Shown in pieces: positions 10,503 through 20,700 of a stretch of 64,000 nucleotides of DNA (the stretch's first letter is position 1; every line of letters begins with the position of its first letter). This DNA is from an uncultured Armatimonadetes bacterium (GTDB taxonomy: Bacteria > Armatimonadota > UBA5829 > DTJY01): assembly GCA_963717145.1 (NCBI GenBank), contig OY970325.1:1824001-1888000 (forward strand). Reading direction: 5' to 3'. The position numbers were made by a program, and so were the translations under genes. The notes beneath the pieces are model-generated. The model saw nothing but the letters and a program-made list of their open reading frames with translations, ran no database searches and was not told the DNA's origin.

Positions 10503-10617
10503 ACCGTCAGTCCTGAGTTCGCCGGTGAATGACGGCGTGTATCGAAGGACGGCCTTTATCCATCGAGCCGTCCTTCGTTACACGCCGTCATTCACCGGCG
10601 AACTCAGGACTGACGGT
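10503..10617. repeat. CGTC-type palindromic repeat, copy 1
   Basis: accgtcagtcctgagttcgccggtgaatgacggcg...cgccgtcattcaccggcgaactcaggactgacggt lies between convergent genes; a near-identical copy is at 44036..44141. Confidence 0.92.
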
Positions 10618-10636
10618 GTTGATCACCGTTCACTGC

Positions 10637-13330
10637 TCACCGTTCACTGCCCACCGGAAACACGTCCCACTTCGGCAGGTTCACGATCTCCTGCTCCATC
10701 GCGAGCCACGGTTGAGGGTCTTTCGACTGGGCGCAGAAGATGTGGACCGGCGTTCCCGGCTTGTCGTAGGTCTCCCCCGGCTGGAGGAGCTTGCCGACTT
10801 TCACCCGCGCGTCGGAGTGCTCCGAGCCGTTCTCATCCTTCCAAAACAGCACCTCGACGCCCGACGACGGCCTGGCCATGATGCCATATGACGCACCGAC
10901 CTGCTTGTCGGTCCATGCCGCGGTGCCGCTGATCCCGCGCGGATCGGCCTCGTCGCCCTCACTGCTCCCACCGATGTTCGACTGCAGGTGGTAGAAGTAA
11001 GCGCCGAGCTTCCACGGCCTGCTGTCCGTATTCGTGAGCGACAAGAACTGCGCGGTGAACCACTGTTTCTTCGGGTAGAACATGAAGGCGTAGGTCGTGC
11101 GATATCCGAATGGCCCGGACGGCGAACCGGCATCGACCTTGTTTTCCAGGGTCACTTCGACCCGATTGCAGACCGCGCCGTTCCAGACGCGAAGTGCGCT
11201 GAATGCATTCGGCTTGACCCACCACGAGCCTCCCGCGGCCTCGTGTATCAACGCGTCAAACGAGCCGATCTCCAGATCCCCAAGTAGGATGGTGTCTATG
11301 GCCGACGGTTTGTCGAAACGCTGGGTGAACTTGAGCACGGTCGCGTCTACGGTGAATGACTCGAACGGTCCGACCGACGGAGCGATGAGAACGGCGTCGT
11401 TCGCCGAAGCATCAAACCGCACGTAGTACGTTGCCGTCTGCTCACGGGAGAGCACGGCCTCGAGGAGCAACTCATCATCCGGGGTGATCGTGCCCGAGCC
11501 ATCGAGGTCATGCACCTCGGCACGGACAGCCGTCCCCTTTGCATCGACGACGCGAACCAATGGCTTGTCCGGTAGCTTCATGGTAGCAAGTAGCTTGGAC
11601 AGAGGAATGCTCATCGGATACGTGCCGGCTACCGGCGCACGTACTCCGATGGCGGCATCCTTCTTCGCGGGATCGAGAACATATATGAACTGCGAGAGCT
11701 TGTTGTCCCCGCGACGGACCTCGATCAGCTTGGCGTCCGGATCGATCTGCGCCTCAACATAGTGCGCACCGGGAGGCGGTAGGGCATCGACTGACACAGT
11801 TTCGGATCGGCCAGCGGGTAAACTGAGCGCTTTGGTATGCTTCTTTCCGTCGACAGCCACAACGAGCGATGTGTCGGCATCCAGCATCCCGGTGTTCTTA
11901 ACGCGGAAAGTCAACTGCTTGCCCTTTGCCTCGACGCTCTCCAGGGCGACCTCGGCGGTCTTGCCGGAATGGATGTCATATGCGAGCGGGTTCACTCGGG
12001 CGACGGTCTCGGTGAAGACAAGCCAGGGATCGTCGTTCACGTCGACCAGGCCGTAGTTGCTGTCCTCCGGGAAGTTCTTCGCTATCCCCTGAGCGGGCTC
12101 ATCGACCCACATGAAGTAGTCGCTCCCGACCATGAACGGCAGCGAGAAGAACGTCTTCTGGTAGACCTCGAAGCACTTCGCCTTGTCAGCCTGAGTGCGT
12201 ACTCTCATGCCCGCGCCGTGAACAGACGGCAGGCCGGCATCGAGCGCGGGGAAGCTCCACTCGGTACACATCATGGGCCGCTTGCACTGAGTATACCAGT
12301 CGGTCAGAGTCTCCTCGAGATCGACGGGAATGAGCGTATCCAGGTCTACCTGGCCGTAGATGTTGAAGCTCACGATGTCGCAATACTTGCCGGCGATATC
12401 CCAGATCGGCGGCGCATTTCCAGCAAACCGGCAGCCGATGATCATGTGGTTGGGATCAGCCTTTCGGATGGCGGCGGTCGTGATGGCGAAATAGCGGTCG
12501 GCGCAGAGGGAGACGAACCTGAGCTTGTCGTCGATCACCTTCTTGTTCGCATGCTCCTGCCATTCCGTCGAGGCAAGGGCATCGTCCCAGCTCTTGAGAG
12601 AGGTCATCCAGACGGCGTTCAGCTTCTCGATTGTGCCGTACTTCGTTTTGAGAAGGTCAACCAGAGCCTTCTTGCCCTCATGGACCGCCGGCCGCTTGAT
12701 CGCCTCGCCCGCGAGTCCGATGTCTCCCCCACCCTTGCCGAACCACTCGAGTTCGTTGTCGAGGAACCAACCGAAGAGCCAGGGATCGTCCTTGACGCCT
12801 GCGCATTGCTTGCGAGCCTTCTCGTTGCAGTACTCCTCGAATGCGGGATTGAAGACGTTCGGGAAGCCGGTCCAGTGGACCTTCTCGACGAGGCCGTCTT
12901 TGCCGGCGTACTCCGCCCCCATGCCTGTGAACTCCATGTAGGTGAGGCCTCGGCCGCGCGTGGAGGGCGAGTTGTTCGCGCCGAGGGTGTTGAATCCCCA
13001 CTGCTTCAGGCGGTCGGTGCTCGACTTCGCCCAGGCGGATTCGTCGTCGTTGAACTTCTTGCGGACGTTCTTGGCATACGGAGCATATCCGAGGGTCTCG
13101 CACCAGTGAACGTTGTAGTTGCAGTGGTCCGTCCCGACGGCATAGAACGCCGCGCCTGTGGGATCGAAGCACCACCACCTGTCGCCGATCTTCTCGACGC
13201 GGAAGAAGCCGGTCGCCCGAGAGGTGACGCCGGTCCAGCCCCCGTATTCGGTCTTGTCAGCAGCGCGGGCGGCGCAGAAGATCCCGCCGGCCAGGAATAT
13301 GAGAATCGTCAATCTGAGCACAGCGATCAC
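10637..13330 (-). CDS. Secreted glycoside hydrolase (GH50 beta-agarase-like TIM barrel) with CARDB-like domain
   Basis: TGFFRVEKIGDRWW, RLKQWGFNTLG, GWFLDNEL, ADPNHMIIGCRF, PMMCTEWSF and EDSNYGLVD motifs; CARDB-like HYVEAQIDP...E..GDN. Confidence 0.75.
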   Translation of the reverse strand: MIAVLRLTILIFLAGGIFCAARAADKTEYGGWTGVTSRATGFFRVEKIGDRWWCFDPTGAAFYAVGTDHCNYNVHWCETLGYAPYAKNVRKKFNDDESAWAKSSTDRLKQWGFNTLGANNSPSTRGRGLTYMEFTGMGAEYAGKDGLVEKVHWTGFPNVFNPAFEEYCNEKARKQCAGVKDDPWLFGWFLDNELEWFGKGGGDIGLAGEAIKRPAVHEGKKALVDLLKTKYGTIEKLNAVWMTSLKSWDDALASTEWQEHANKKVIDDKLRFVSLCADRYFAITTAAIRKADPNHMIIGCRFAGNAPPIWDIAGKYCDIVSFNIYGQVDLDTLIPVDLEETLTDWYTQCKRPMMCTEWSFPALDAGLPSVHGAGMRVRTQADKAKCFEVYQKTFFSLPFMVGSDYFMWVDEPAQGIAKNFPEDSNYGLVDVNDDPWLVFTETVARVNPLAYDIHSGKTAEVALESVEAKGKQLTFRVKNTGMLDADTSLVVAVDGKKHTKALSLPAGRSETVSVDALPPPGAHYVEAQIDPDAKLIEVRRGDNKLSQFIYVLDPAKKDAAIGVRAPVAGTYPMSIPLSKLLATMKLPDKPLVRVVDAKGTAVRAEVHDLDGSGTITPDDELLLEAVLSREQTATYYVRFDASANDAVLIAPSVGPFESFTVDATVLKFTQRFDKPSAIDTILLGDLEIGSFDALIHEAAGGSWWVKPNAFSALRVWNGAVCNRVEVTLENKVDAGSPSGPFGYRTTYAFMFYPKKQWFTAQFLSLTNTDSRPWKLGAYFYHLQSNIGGSSEGDEADPRGISGTAAWTDKQVGASYGIMARPSSGVEVLFWKDENGSEHSDARVKVGKLLQPGETYDKPGTPVHIFCAQSKDPQPWLAMEQEIVNLPKWDVFPVGSER

Positions 13331-14553
13331 TCCTTGGGGCAGATGGTCACGACGTCGGCGGGTACGTCCCGGCAGAGCGTGCCGACAGCCTCGTCACGAG
13401 TGTACTCCTGATCGAGTTCCAACCGCTCGTACGAGATGACCACCGATGTCGGCCTCGATGCGGATGCGTGCCGGACGATGCCTTCGATCACCTCGCGCGA
13501 GCGCATCAGCACCTTGCGCACAGGCACTCTATGCCTCTTCAAGCCGCGCTCCGCCTCGTCGAAGAGCCTCGCGGCTTCCTCCTCCTTGTCGGGTATCGAA
13601 GCCTCGAGTGACATGGTCCTCGGCACGGGAATGACGTACAGGAGTTCGACATCGAGCTTCATCGCGGACGCCTGCATCCCGACGAAATCCACGGCGCGCT
13701 GCCACGAACCGATGAGCGGGAACACAATCGTCGGTTCGGTGGCTCGGACGGAGCCTCGCCCTCCCTGAGGAGTTTCCTCCTCCGGCTCGGCGCTGCAGAT
13801 GACCGCTACTTCGCACTCCACCTCGCGGCACATCGTTCCTGAAATGTCCTGTTGTCTGCTGATCAGCTCGAACTCACTCTTCCAATACGCGACGATCAGC
13901 AGCCTGGGATTCGATTCAGCAGCGAATTTCGCGACACCGTCAATCGGTTGCCGGGCTCGTGTGCTCAGCTTTCGTGCGGCGACGCCCCGGACCTTGAGCA
14001 ACGCTTCGGCTTTGGCGAGGACGCGTTCCGCTTCCTTCTCCTTTTCGGGGAGCGGGACTCCGAGGGCCTGAGCGCGCGGCACTTCGATGACATACAGCAC
14101 GTGGATATCGGCCTTCAGCTTCGATGCCTCGGCGACAGCATAGTCGAGCGACCTGTGCCAGTCGCCGATGAGAGGGACGAGAACGACCGGACTCCGCTGC
14201 CCCCCGGGGATCGTCTCGGCGCCGCTGACCGCCAGAGAGGCACGAGCTTCCTCGACCGTGGCGGCCCGAGGAAGCTGCGAGCGGATTCCCGGCACCATGC
14301 CGATCGCTTGCGCGATCTCATCGGAGAGCCCTGCAACCATCACTCGCGCATTCTGGGACTCGATGTACTCGCTCGCGTCCAGGAATGTCTGCGCGCCGAG
14401 ATCGCTCACCTCGGTCAACTCGCTGCCATCGATGATGACCCCCGCGGGGTGCCGTTTGAGCAGCAGGCTGACCACTGATTTCAGGGCGGGCCAGTGATTC
14501 TCGACAAGTACGCCCCTTATTATGATTAAGTCGCCTTTCGACTGGATGATCAT
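13327..14553 (-). CDS. STAS domain plus two universal stress protein (USP) domains
   Basis: N-terminal STAS-like segment (VIIDGSELTEVSDLGAQTFL...ARVMVAGLS), then two similar USP repeats (VLVPLIG...HVLYVIEVPR and IVFPLIG...LLYVIPVPR). Confidence 0.8.
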   Translation of the reverse strand: MIIQSKGDLIIIRGVLVENHWPALKSVVSLLLKRHPAGVIIDGSELTEVSDLGAQTFLDASEYIESQNARVMVAGLSDEIAQAIGMVPGIRSQLPRAATVEEARASLAVSGAETIPGGQRSPVVLVPLIGDWHRSLDYAVAEASKLKADIHVLYVIEVPRAQALGVPLPEKEKEAERVLAKAEALLKVRGVAARKLSTRARQPIDGVAKFAAESNPRLLIVAYWKSEFELISRQQDISGTMCREVECEVAVICSAEPEEETPQGGRGSVRATEPTIVFPLIGSWQRAVDFVGMQASAMKLDVELLYVIPVPRTMSLEASIPDKEEEAARLFDEAERGLKRHRVPVRKVLMRSREVIEGIVRHASASRPTSVVISYERLELDQEYTRDEAVGTLCRDVPADVVTICPKE

Positions 14554-14560
14554 TGTCGGA

Positions 14561-16423
14561 TCACCTTTCCAGGTAATATCGAACGTTCGCAGTGATTATA
14601 TCCCGTCGGAACAAGAGCGCTATCCTGAGGATCAGGCCGGACTGGTTGTGCAGCAGCTTATGCCACCACTTCGCGGGAACGAACTCGGGGATCACGACCG
14701 TGATCCGATAGTTCTCGCGTTCGATCTTCACTTCCTCGAGGTATTCGATCAACGGACCGAGGAGCGACCTGTACTGGGATTCCAGGATGACCAGCGGGAT
14801 GCCTCCGCCCCATCGGTCCCAGCGGTCGATCATCAACTCCGTGTCCACTGGGTCGGTCTCGATATGGATAGCCCGCACGTCGCCGGAGAGGGATTTCGCA
14901 TACTCCAGCGCCGGAAGAATGCCTCGATGAAGCGACGGTGTCAGCACCAGAACGGTGTTCTTCATCGGAACGAAATCGTCATTACCCCTCAGACGGAGTT
15001 CGTTGCCGATGGTGATGTAGTGTTTGTGGACTGCCCAGAAAGCGTACCCCAGCGCGGGGATGAGCACCACCACGATCCAGGCGCCTTCCTTGAACTTCGT
15101 GCCCGACAGGACTAGCGTGACTATGGCCGTCACGACGGCGCCGATCGTGCTCAGCGCCGCCTTGGCCTGCCATCCGGGCTGTCGCAGCTTCCTGAACCGA
15201 ACCGCCATGCCGTATTGAGACAGAGTGAACGAGAGAAACACTCCCACCGCGTACAGAGGGAGCAACGAGTGCGTGTCGCCGTGGAACAAGACGATCAGCA
15301 GGCCCGCGAGGAGTGACAGCAGCAGGATGCCGTTCGAGAAGACCAGCCGATCGCCGACGTTGTAGAGCTGGCGCGGCATGAACCGGTCTCGCGCCATGAT
15401 GGACGCGAGCCTCGGAAAACCGGCATAGCTCGTATTCGCGGCAAGGAGCAGGATCATGGTCGTGGCCCACTGGATCATGTAGTAGAACCATGAACTGCCG
15501 AATGTGGCCCGGGCTATCTGCGACACGACTGTCTCGTAATGCCTGCTCGTGTCGTAGGGGCTGATAGGTACGACCTGAGCATGGTAGGCCAGGAAGCTCA
15601 CGCCCGCAAACATCACTGTCAGGATAGCCGCCATCGTCAGCAGCGTCCTGGCCGCGTTTCTGGCTTCCGGCGGCTTGAACGCCTGGACCGCGTTGCTGAT
15701 CGCCTCGGTCCCGGTCATCGCGGTGCATCCACCGGAGAACGCTCGGAGGAGCAGGAATAGACCGAGGGTATGCACGACCGGAACCTGCGGCATCTCAGCG
15801 GCGCTTGGCGCGACCAACCCGCCGGTCATCTCCCTGTAGAAGCCGATGGCAATCAGCGCAAACATACTCAGAATGAAAACGTAGGTCGGCGCGGCAAAGA
15901 GCGCACCGGACTCACGCACGCCCCTGAGGTTGCCCAGGGTCAGAATCGCGATGCCTATGAGGCTCAAGACCACTCGATGCTCGGCGTACTGCGGGTATGC
16001 GGATATGAATGCCGCCACACCGGCGGCGATACTGACCGCCACGGTGAGCGTATAGTCGATAGTCAGAGCCGCGCCCGCAGCCAGGCCGGCCTTATCGCCC
16101 AGGTTGTCCTTTGCGACTATGTATGCGCCGCCCCCGGACGGATAGGCGTATATCGTCTGTCGGTAGGAAGTGGCGACCAGCCACAGCAGGACCACGATCG
16201 TGAGGCCTATGAACACCACCATCGGCGACATCAGGATCGCGGGCCCCGCCAGAACGAGCACGAGCAGAATCTCCTCGGTCGCATACGCCACCGAAGACAG
16301 CGCATCGGAAGCGAAGATCGGGAGCGCGAGGAACTTCGGCAGTCTCTCGTGTATCGCCCTCCAGGTTGGCAGAGGAGACCCCACCAGTATTCGTCGTATC
16401 TGAAGCCAAATGCCGGATAACAT
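14561..16423 (-). CDS. kimA: APC family permease, YdaO/KimA-like K+/H+ symporter
   Basis: ALPIFASDALSSVAYATEE, YPSGGGAYIV, GCTAMTGTEAISN, AANTSYAGFPRL, LYAVGVF and C-terminal VVIPEFV...WWHKLLHNQ motifs. Confidence 0.85.
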   Translation of the reverse strand: MLSGIWLQIRRILVGSPLPTWRAIHERLPKFLALPIFASDALSSVAYATEEILLVLVLAGPAILMSPMVVFIGLTIVVLLWLVATSYRQTIYAYPSGGGAYIVAKDNLGDKAGLAAGAALTIDYTLTVAVSIAAGVAAFISAYPQYAEHRVVLSLIGIAILTLGNLRGVRESGALFAAPTYVFILSMFALIAIGFYREMTGGLVAPSAAEMPQVPVVHTLGLFLLLRAFSGGCTAMTGTEAISNAVQAFKPPEARNAARTLLTMAAILTVMFAGVSFLAYHAQVVPISPYDTSRHYETVVSQIARATFGSSWFYYMIQWATTMILLLAANTSYAGFPRLASIMARDRFMPRQLYNVGDRLVFSNGILLLSLLAGLLIVLFHGDTHSLLPLYAVGVFLSFTLSQYGMAVRFRKLRQPGWQAKAALSTIGAVVTAIVTLVLSGTKFKEGAWIVVVLIPALGYAFWAVHKHYITIGNELRLRGNDDFVPMKNTVLVLTPSLHRGILPALEYAKSLSGDVRAIHIETDPVDTELMIDRWDRWGGGIPLVILESQYRSLLGPLIEYLEEVKIERENYRITVVIPEFVPAKWWHKLLHNQSGLILRIALLFRRDIITANVRYYLER

Positions 16424-16673
16424 CTTGGTTGCTCACTTTGCGCGTACACGACTGCTTACATGCGAGCCAGGACAGATCATACCCTTCGAAGCCTGCGGAG
16501 GGCAAGCCCGCGGTAGCGGCTCGAATGAACCATATGATACTCCGTGGAGGCGCGACTTGGCAACACCGCCTGCATTGCGGCGACGTCAGCCGCAAAACAA
16601 TGGTTAACGAGGTACGATCATGGGAACAATCAATTGAGTCTCGCAACACTGCGAGCGGACGCAAGATAATCTA

Positions 16674-16702
16674 TTGACAAAATGGGGAAAAAACCTTAAA
16701 GT
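16674..16702 (+). promoter_or_regulatory. Putative sigma70 promoter for the C1A peptidase gene
   Basis: TTGACA-N17-TAAAGT. Confidence 0.6.
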
Positions 16703-16933
16703 GAAAACACTACCAGTAGTGGAATGCACGCAAGGAAGCCCCCCAACCTCCGGCATTACTCGCAGGCAGGAGTGAGCAAAGATTGTGGAAGAAACACGGT
16801 GGCGGGGATTTCGAGTCTAGGGACAGGCTCGACCTCTTTCCCACCTCACTTCGCATGCTGGACGGTGATATGCCATAGTGACACCTGTGTTCGAATGCGT
16901 GGCCGTCACGCCTATGGAAAGGATAACCTGCTA

Positions 16934-19900
16934 ATGTTTAGTATATCATCTCGATATCCTGCGTTCTTAGTGCTCGGGGCAGGCATCGTTCTCATGGCTC
17001 TCATGGCGTTTCCATGTGCCGCGCAGGACGACAGCCCAACCCTGGCGCCACAGAATCCCACCTTCCTTGAATATCTCAAGGATCCATACATGGCGTTTCA
17101 GCAGGATGCCGAGAGCGGCATCAAGGGCGGAATTGTGCCCGAGCCGATCGACTTCTCATACCTGAAGGATATCGTCGGCGGCAAAGGCATCGTGGCGCTG
17201 GAGGTGCTCCCGACTTCTTACGATCTTCGCACATTGAACAGACTCACGCCGATCCGCAACCAGGGCGGCTGCGGAAGCTGCTGGTCGTTTGCCTCCTATG
17301 GATCGGTCGAGTCGAACCTGAAACCGGGAGAATCCCTCGATTTTTCAGAGAACAACCTGAAGAACCAGCACGGATTCGACATCGCCTGCTGTGACGGTGG
17401 AAACAGAAGCATGGCAACCGCATACCTGGCAAGGTGGGAAGGCGCCATCAGCGAGCAACAGGATCCCTACTCTGCGGGGAGTTGCACCTCCCCCAGCAGT
17501 CTCACCTCTGCCAAGCATGTGCAGGAAGTGATCTTCATCCCGACGCGGAGCGGCTTTCTCGACAACGATACACTCAAGCAGGCGGTGATGCAGTACGGCG
17601 CAGTCTACACCTCCTACTATCACGGCGACGCATACTACAAGTCCTCCACCGGCGCCTACTACTACAACGGCACCAACCAGCCCAATCACGGCGTTTGCAT
17701 CGTCGGCTGGGACGACAACTACGACAAGAGCAACTTCCTGACGCCTCCGCCGGGCAACGGCGCGTTCATCATCCGCAACAGCTGGGGCACCTGGTGGGGG
17801 CTCAGTGGCTACTACTACATGTCATACTATGACACGCAGCTTTCTTCCGAGAATGCGGCGTTCACCGCCGAGTCGGGAACTAACTACGATGGGATATACC
17901 AGTATGACATGCTGGGTTGGACAGGCAGCGCCGGTTATGGAGGCAACACGGCCTGGTTCGGGAACGTCTTCACCGCCGTGGCTACCTCCAATGTAGCCGC
18001 TGCGAGTTTCTACACCGCATCGCCCAACTCGACCTACGAGGTGCGCGTTTACGTCAACCCGACCAACGGCCCCGTGAACGCCTCGGGCCCTGTCGCAACT
18101 GTCACAGGATCGATCGCCCTCGAGGGGTACCATACCGTCAAGCTTCCCACGCCGGTCCCGATCACCACGGGACAGAAGTTCTCGGTGGTGGTGAAACTCA
18201 CCACTCCCGGCTACGGCTATCCGGTTCCGTTGGAGCGGCCATACTCCGGCTACTCGAGCATCGCGACCGCGAGCGCCGGGCAGAGCTTCATGAGTTCCAA
18301 TGGCACGAGTTGGTCAGATGTTGCGACTTCCTACGGCAACAGCAACGTCTGTGTGAAGGCCTTCACGACTGGCTCAGGTGGACCGGCCCCCGGCGCGTTG
18401 TCAGTTACCCCCGCGACCGGCCTGACCGCAAGCGGCGACCCGGGCGGACCGTTCAACCCGTCGAGCCAGGTCTACACCTTGACGAACACCGGCGATTCAT
18501 CCATTGACTGGTCTGCGGCCAAGACCAAGTCGTGGGTAACTCTGTCATCCGCCGGCGGCACTCTGGCAGCCGGAGCGAGCACTACCGTGACTGTTTCCAT
18601 CAATGCTGCTGCCAACAGTCTTACCGCCGGATCGTATTCGGATACGGCAACATTCACCGATACGACGAAGAGCGTCAGCGCGACCCGTGCCGTGGCGCTG
18701 ACCGTACTCGCGCCGGGCAGCCTCTCGGTCACTCCGGCAACCGGATTGACCGCAAGCGGCACGGCAGGCGGGCCCTTCAGCCCGTCGAACCAGCAGTATA
18801 CGCTCACCAACACGGGCGGCGAAACGATCAACTGGACCGCTAGCGTGACGCAGCCGTGGGTGACCCTCTCCCTGACAGGTGGAACACTGGCGGTGGGCGC
18901 ATCGGCAACTGCGACTGTCTCGATCAACTCGAATGCGAACGGCCTCATCGCGGGCGTGTATCCGGACATCGTGACCTTCGCCAACACGACCAACGGCTCT
19001 GGGAACACTGCTCGGAACGTGAGCCTGACAGTCACCGCACCGATCCCGGTCACCGGCTACCAGGTCGGACCGACGACCTTCAGTTGGATCGATCCGACGA
19101 GCCATGCCGCGATCACATTGAGCGACAACTCGGCAAGCACGCCCCGCGCCCTGCCCTTCTCATTCGGGTTCTACGGCAAATCATACAGCCTGATCTACAT
19201 AGGATCGAACGGTTTGTTGGGCTTCAGTTCGAGCGGGATGACCAACTACGGCAATTCGAACCTGCCCTATGCCTATCTGCCGAACAAGGCGATCTATCCC
19301 TATTGGGACAATCTCAACCCGGCCTCGGGTGGGAGCGTGAGGATGGGAGTGGTCGGATCGGCTCCGAACCGCAAGGTGGTCGTGAGCTGGGTCGGAGTGC
19401 CGAGCAACTACGCGTCCACCGTGAAGTTCACTTTCCAGGCGGTGCTCTGCGAAGGCTCGAACAACATCATCTTCCAATACCTGACTACGGCGATAACGAA
19501 TGCCACCTATGGCCGAGGGAAAAGCGCGACCATCGGCATCGAGAACGAGACCGGTACGGAAGCCTGCAAATACTCATACAACACGCAGTCCATCTCTGAT
19601 GGCCAGGCGCTGCTCTTCTCAATGGACCCACTCGCGCCGCTCCCGGGCTCGCTTTCGGTCACTCCGACAACCGGACTGAGTGCCAGCGGGTTGGCGGGAG
19701 GGCCCTTCAGCCCGTCGAATGAGACCTACACACTGACCAATGACGGTGGAGAGGCCATCAACTGGACAGCGGGCAAGACCCAGCCGTGGGTAACTCTATC
19801 CAGTACGGGCGGTGCACTGGCAGCGGGGGCGAGCACGACCGTAACCGTCTCCATCAACTCGGCTGCGAACAGCCTGGCGATCGGTTCATATTCCGACACA

Positions 19901-20569
19901 GTAACCTTCTCGAACACCACAAACGGAAGCGGGAGCACGACTCGGCCCGTCGGCCTGACGGTCAATGATAGCCTGCCTCCTCCGCCGCCAACAGGTTATC
20001 AGGTCAAACCGACGACCTTCGGTTGGATCGACCCGACGAGTCACAGTACCATGGTGCTGGCGAACAACAAGGCGAGCGCGGCGCAGAGCATCCCGTTTGC
20101 CTTCGACTTCTACGGGACGAGTTCGAGCAGTCTCTACATCGGCTCAAATGGACTGATCAGCCTGAAGAGCGGTTCGGGCCTGTACAGCAGCTATAACAGC
20201 AACCTGCCTACTGCGAATAATCCCAACGGCATAGTGTGCGCCTATTGGGACAGCCTGAACCTCACGGGCGGCCAGGTGAAGATCGGCGTCGTCGGATCGG
20301 CTCCGAACCGCAAGGTGGTCGTGTCGTGGGTGAATGTGGCGCACTCGTCCTCGTCGACCACGAAGTTCACCTTCCAAGCGATCCTCTGTGAGGGGACGAA
20401 CGACATCATCGTGCAGCACCTGCTCTCGGGTTCATCAAGCACAACCTACGGCGGTGGCAAGAGCGCGACCATCGGGATCGAGAATCAGGCGGGTACGGGC
20501 GCATGCGTCTTCTCGTACAACACGCGGTCGCTATCGGACAACACCGCGCTGCTGTTCACGACGCACTAG
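16934..20569 (+). CDS. Secreted papain-family (C1A) cysteine peptidase with lectin-like, three BACON-like and two nidogen-like domains
   Basis: Catalytic motifs RNQGGCGSCWSF, NHGVCIVGWDD and IIRNSWG; repeated LSVTP.TGL.ASG..GGPF.PS...YTLTN.G modules; duplicated C-terminal domain. Start placed at the signal-peptide ATG. Confidence 0.88.
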   Translation: MFSISSRYPAFLVLGAGIVLMALMAFPCAAQDDSPTLAPQNPTFLEYLKDPYMAFQQDAESGIKGGIVPEPIDFSYLKDIVGGKGIVALEVLPTSYDLRTLNRLTPIRNQGGCGSCWSFASYGSVESNLKPGESLDFSENNLKNQHGFDIACCDGGNRSMATAYLARWEGAISEQQDPYSAGSCTSPSSLTSAKHVQEVIFIPTRSGFLDNDTLKQAVMQYGAVYTSYYHGDAYYKSSTGAYYYNGTNQPNHGVCIVGWDDNYDKSNFLTPPPGNGAFIIRNSWGTWWGLSGYYYMSYYDTQLSSENAAFTAESGTNYDGIYQYDMLGWTGSAGYGGNTAWFGNVFTAVATSNVAAASFYTASPNSTYEVRVYVNPTNGPVNASGPVATVTGSIALEGYHTVKLPTPVPITTGQKFSVVVKLTTPGYGYPVPLERPYSGYSSIATASAGQSFMSSNGTSWSDVATSYGNSNVCVKAFTTGSGGPAPGALSVTPATGLTASGDPGGPFNPSSQVYTLTNTGDSSIDWSAAKTKSWVTLSSAGGTLAAGASTTVTVSINAAANSLTAGSYSDTATFTDTTKSVSATRAVALTVLAPGSLSVTPATGLTASGTAGGPFSPSNQQYTLTNTGGETINWTASVTQPWVTLSLTGGTLAVGASATATVSINSNANGLIAGVYPDIVTFANTTNGSGNTARNVSLTVTAPIPVTGYQVGPTTFSWIDPTSHAAITLSDNSASTPRALPFSFGFYGKSYSLIYIGSNGLLGFSSSGMTNYGNSNLPYAYLPNKAIYPYWDNLNPASGGSVRMGVVGSAPNRKVVVSWVGVPSNYASTVKFTFQAVLCEGSNNIIFQYLTTAITNATYGRGKSATIGIENETGTEACKYSYNTQSISDGQALLFSMDPLAPLPGSLSVTPTTGLSASGLAGGPFSPSNETYTLTNDGGEAINWTAGKTQPWVTLSSTGGALAAGASTTVTVSINSAANSLAIGSYSDTVTFSNTTNGSGSTTRPVGLTVNDSLPPPPPTGYQVKPTTFGWIDPTSHSTMVLANNKASAAQSIPFAFDFYGTSSSSLYIGSNGLISLKSGSGLYSSYNSNLPTANNPNGIVCAYWDSLNLTGGQVKIGVVGSAPNRKVVVSWVNVAHSSSSTTKFTFQAILCEGTNDIIVQHLLSGSSSTTYGGGKSATIGIENQAGTGACVFSYNTRSLSDNTALLFTTH

Positions 20570-20580
20570 CACCACTCCAA

Positions 20581-20700
20581 CGCCGTAGGGGCGTGCCTTG
20601 TGCCGCCCGGCAGCAAAGTTGTACCGGGCGGCACAAGGCACGCCCCTACGGCGTCTGTGGCTGGACTGCGGGAGGGCGTTGACGCGCTCCCCTACGGCGT
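20581..20700. repeat. GTAG-type REP doublet plus a third partial unit
   Basis: cgccgtaggggcgtgccttgtgccgcccgg and ccgggcggcacaaggcacgcccctacggcg form perfect 30-bp arms between convergent genes. Confidence 0.9.

Noticed and set aside
16424-16670. Expected ydaO riboswitch upstream of the kimA-like gene
   Set aside because: None of the conserved aptamer blocks was found on the minus strand.
16724-16933. N-terminal extensions given by the ORF track (also for xseA, ridA, dprA, the Eis-like GNAT and lptD)
   Set aside because: They run through promoter or palindrome DNA and precede the evident RBS, signal peptide or family N-terminus.
18400-20566. Long direct DNA repeats as a mobile element or DGR template/variable pair
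   Set aside because: They are in-frame domain duplications within one gene; differences are not adenine-specific and no reverse transcriptase is present.
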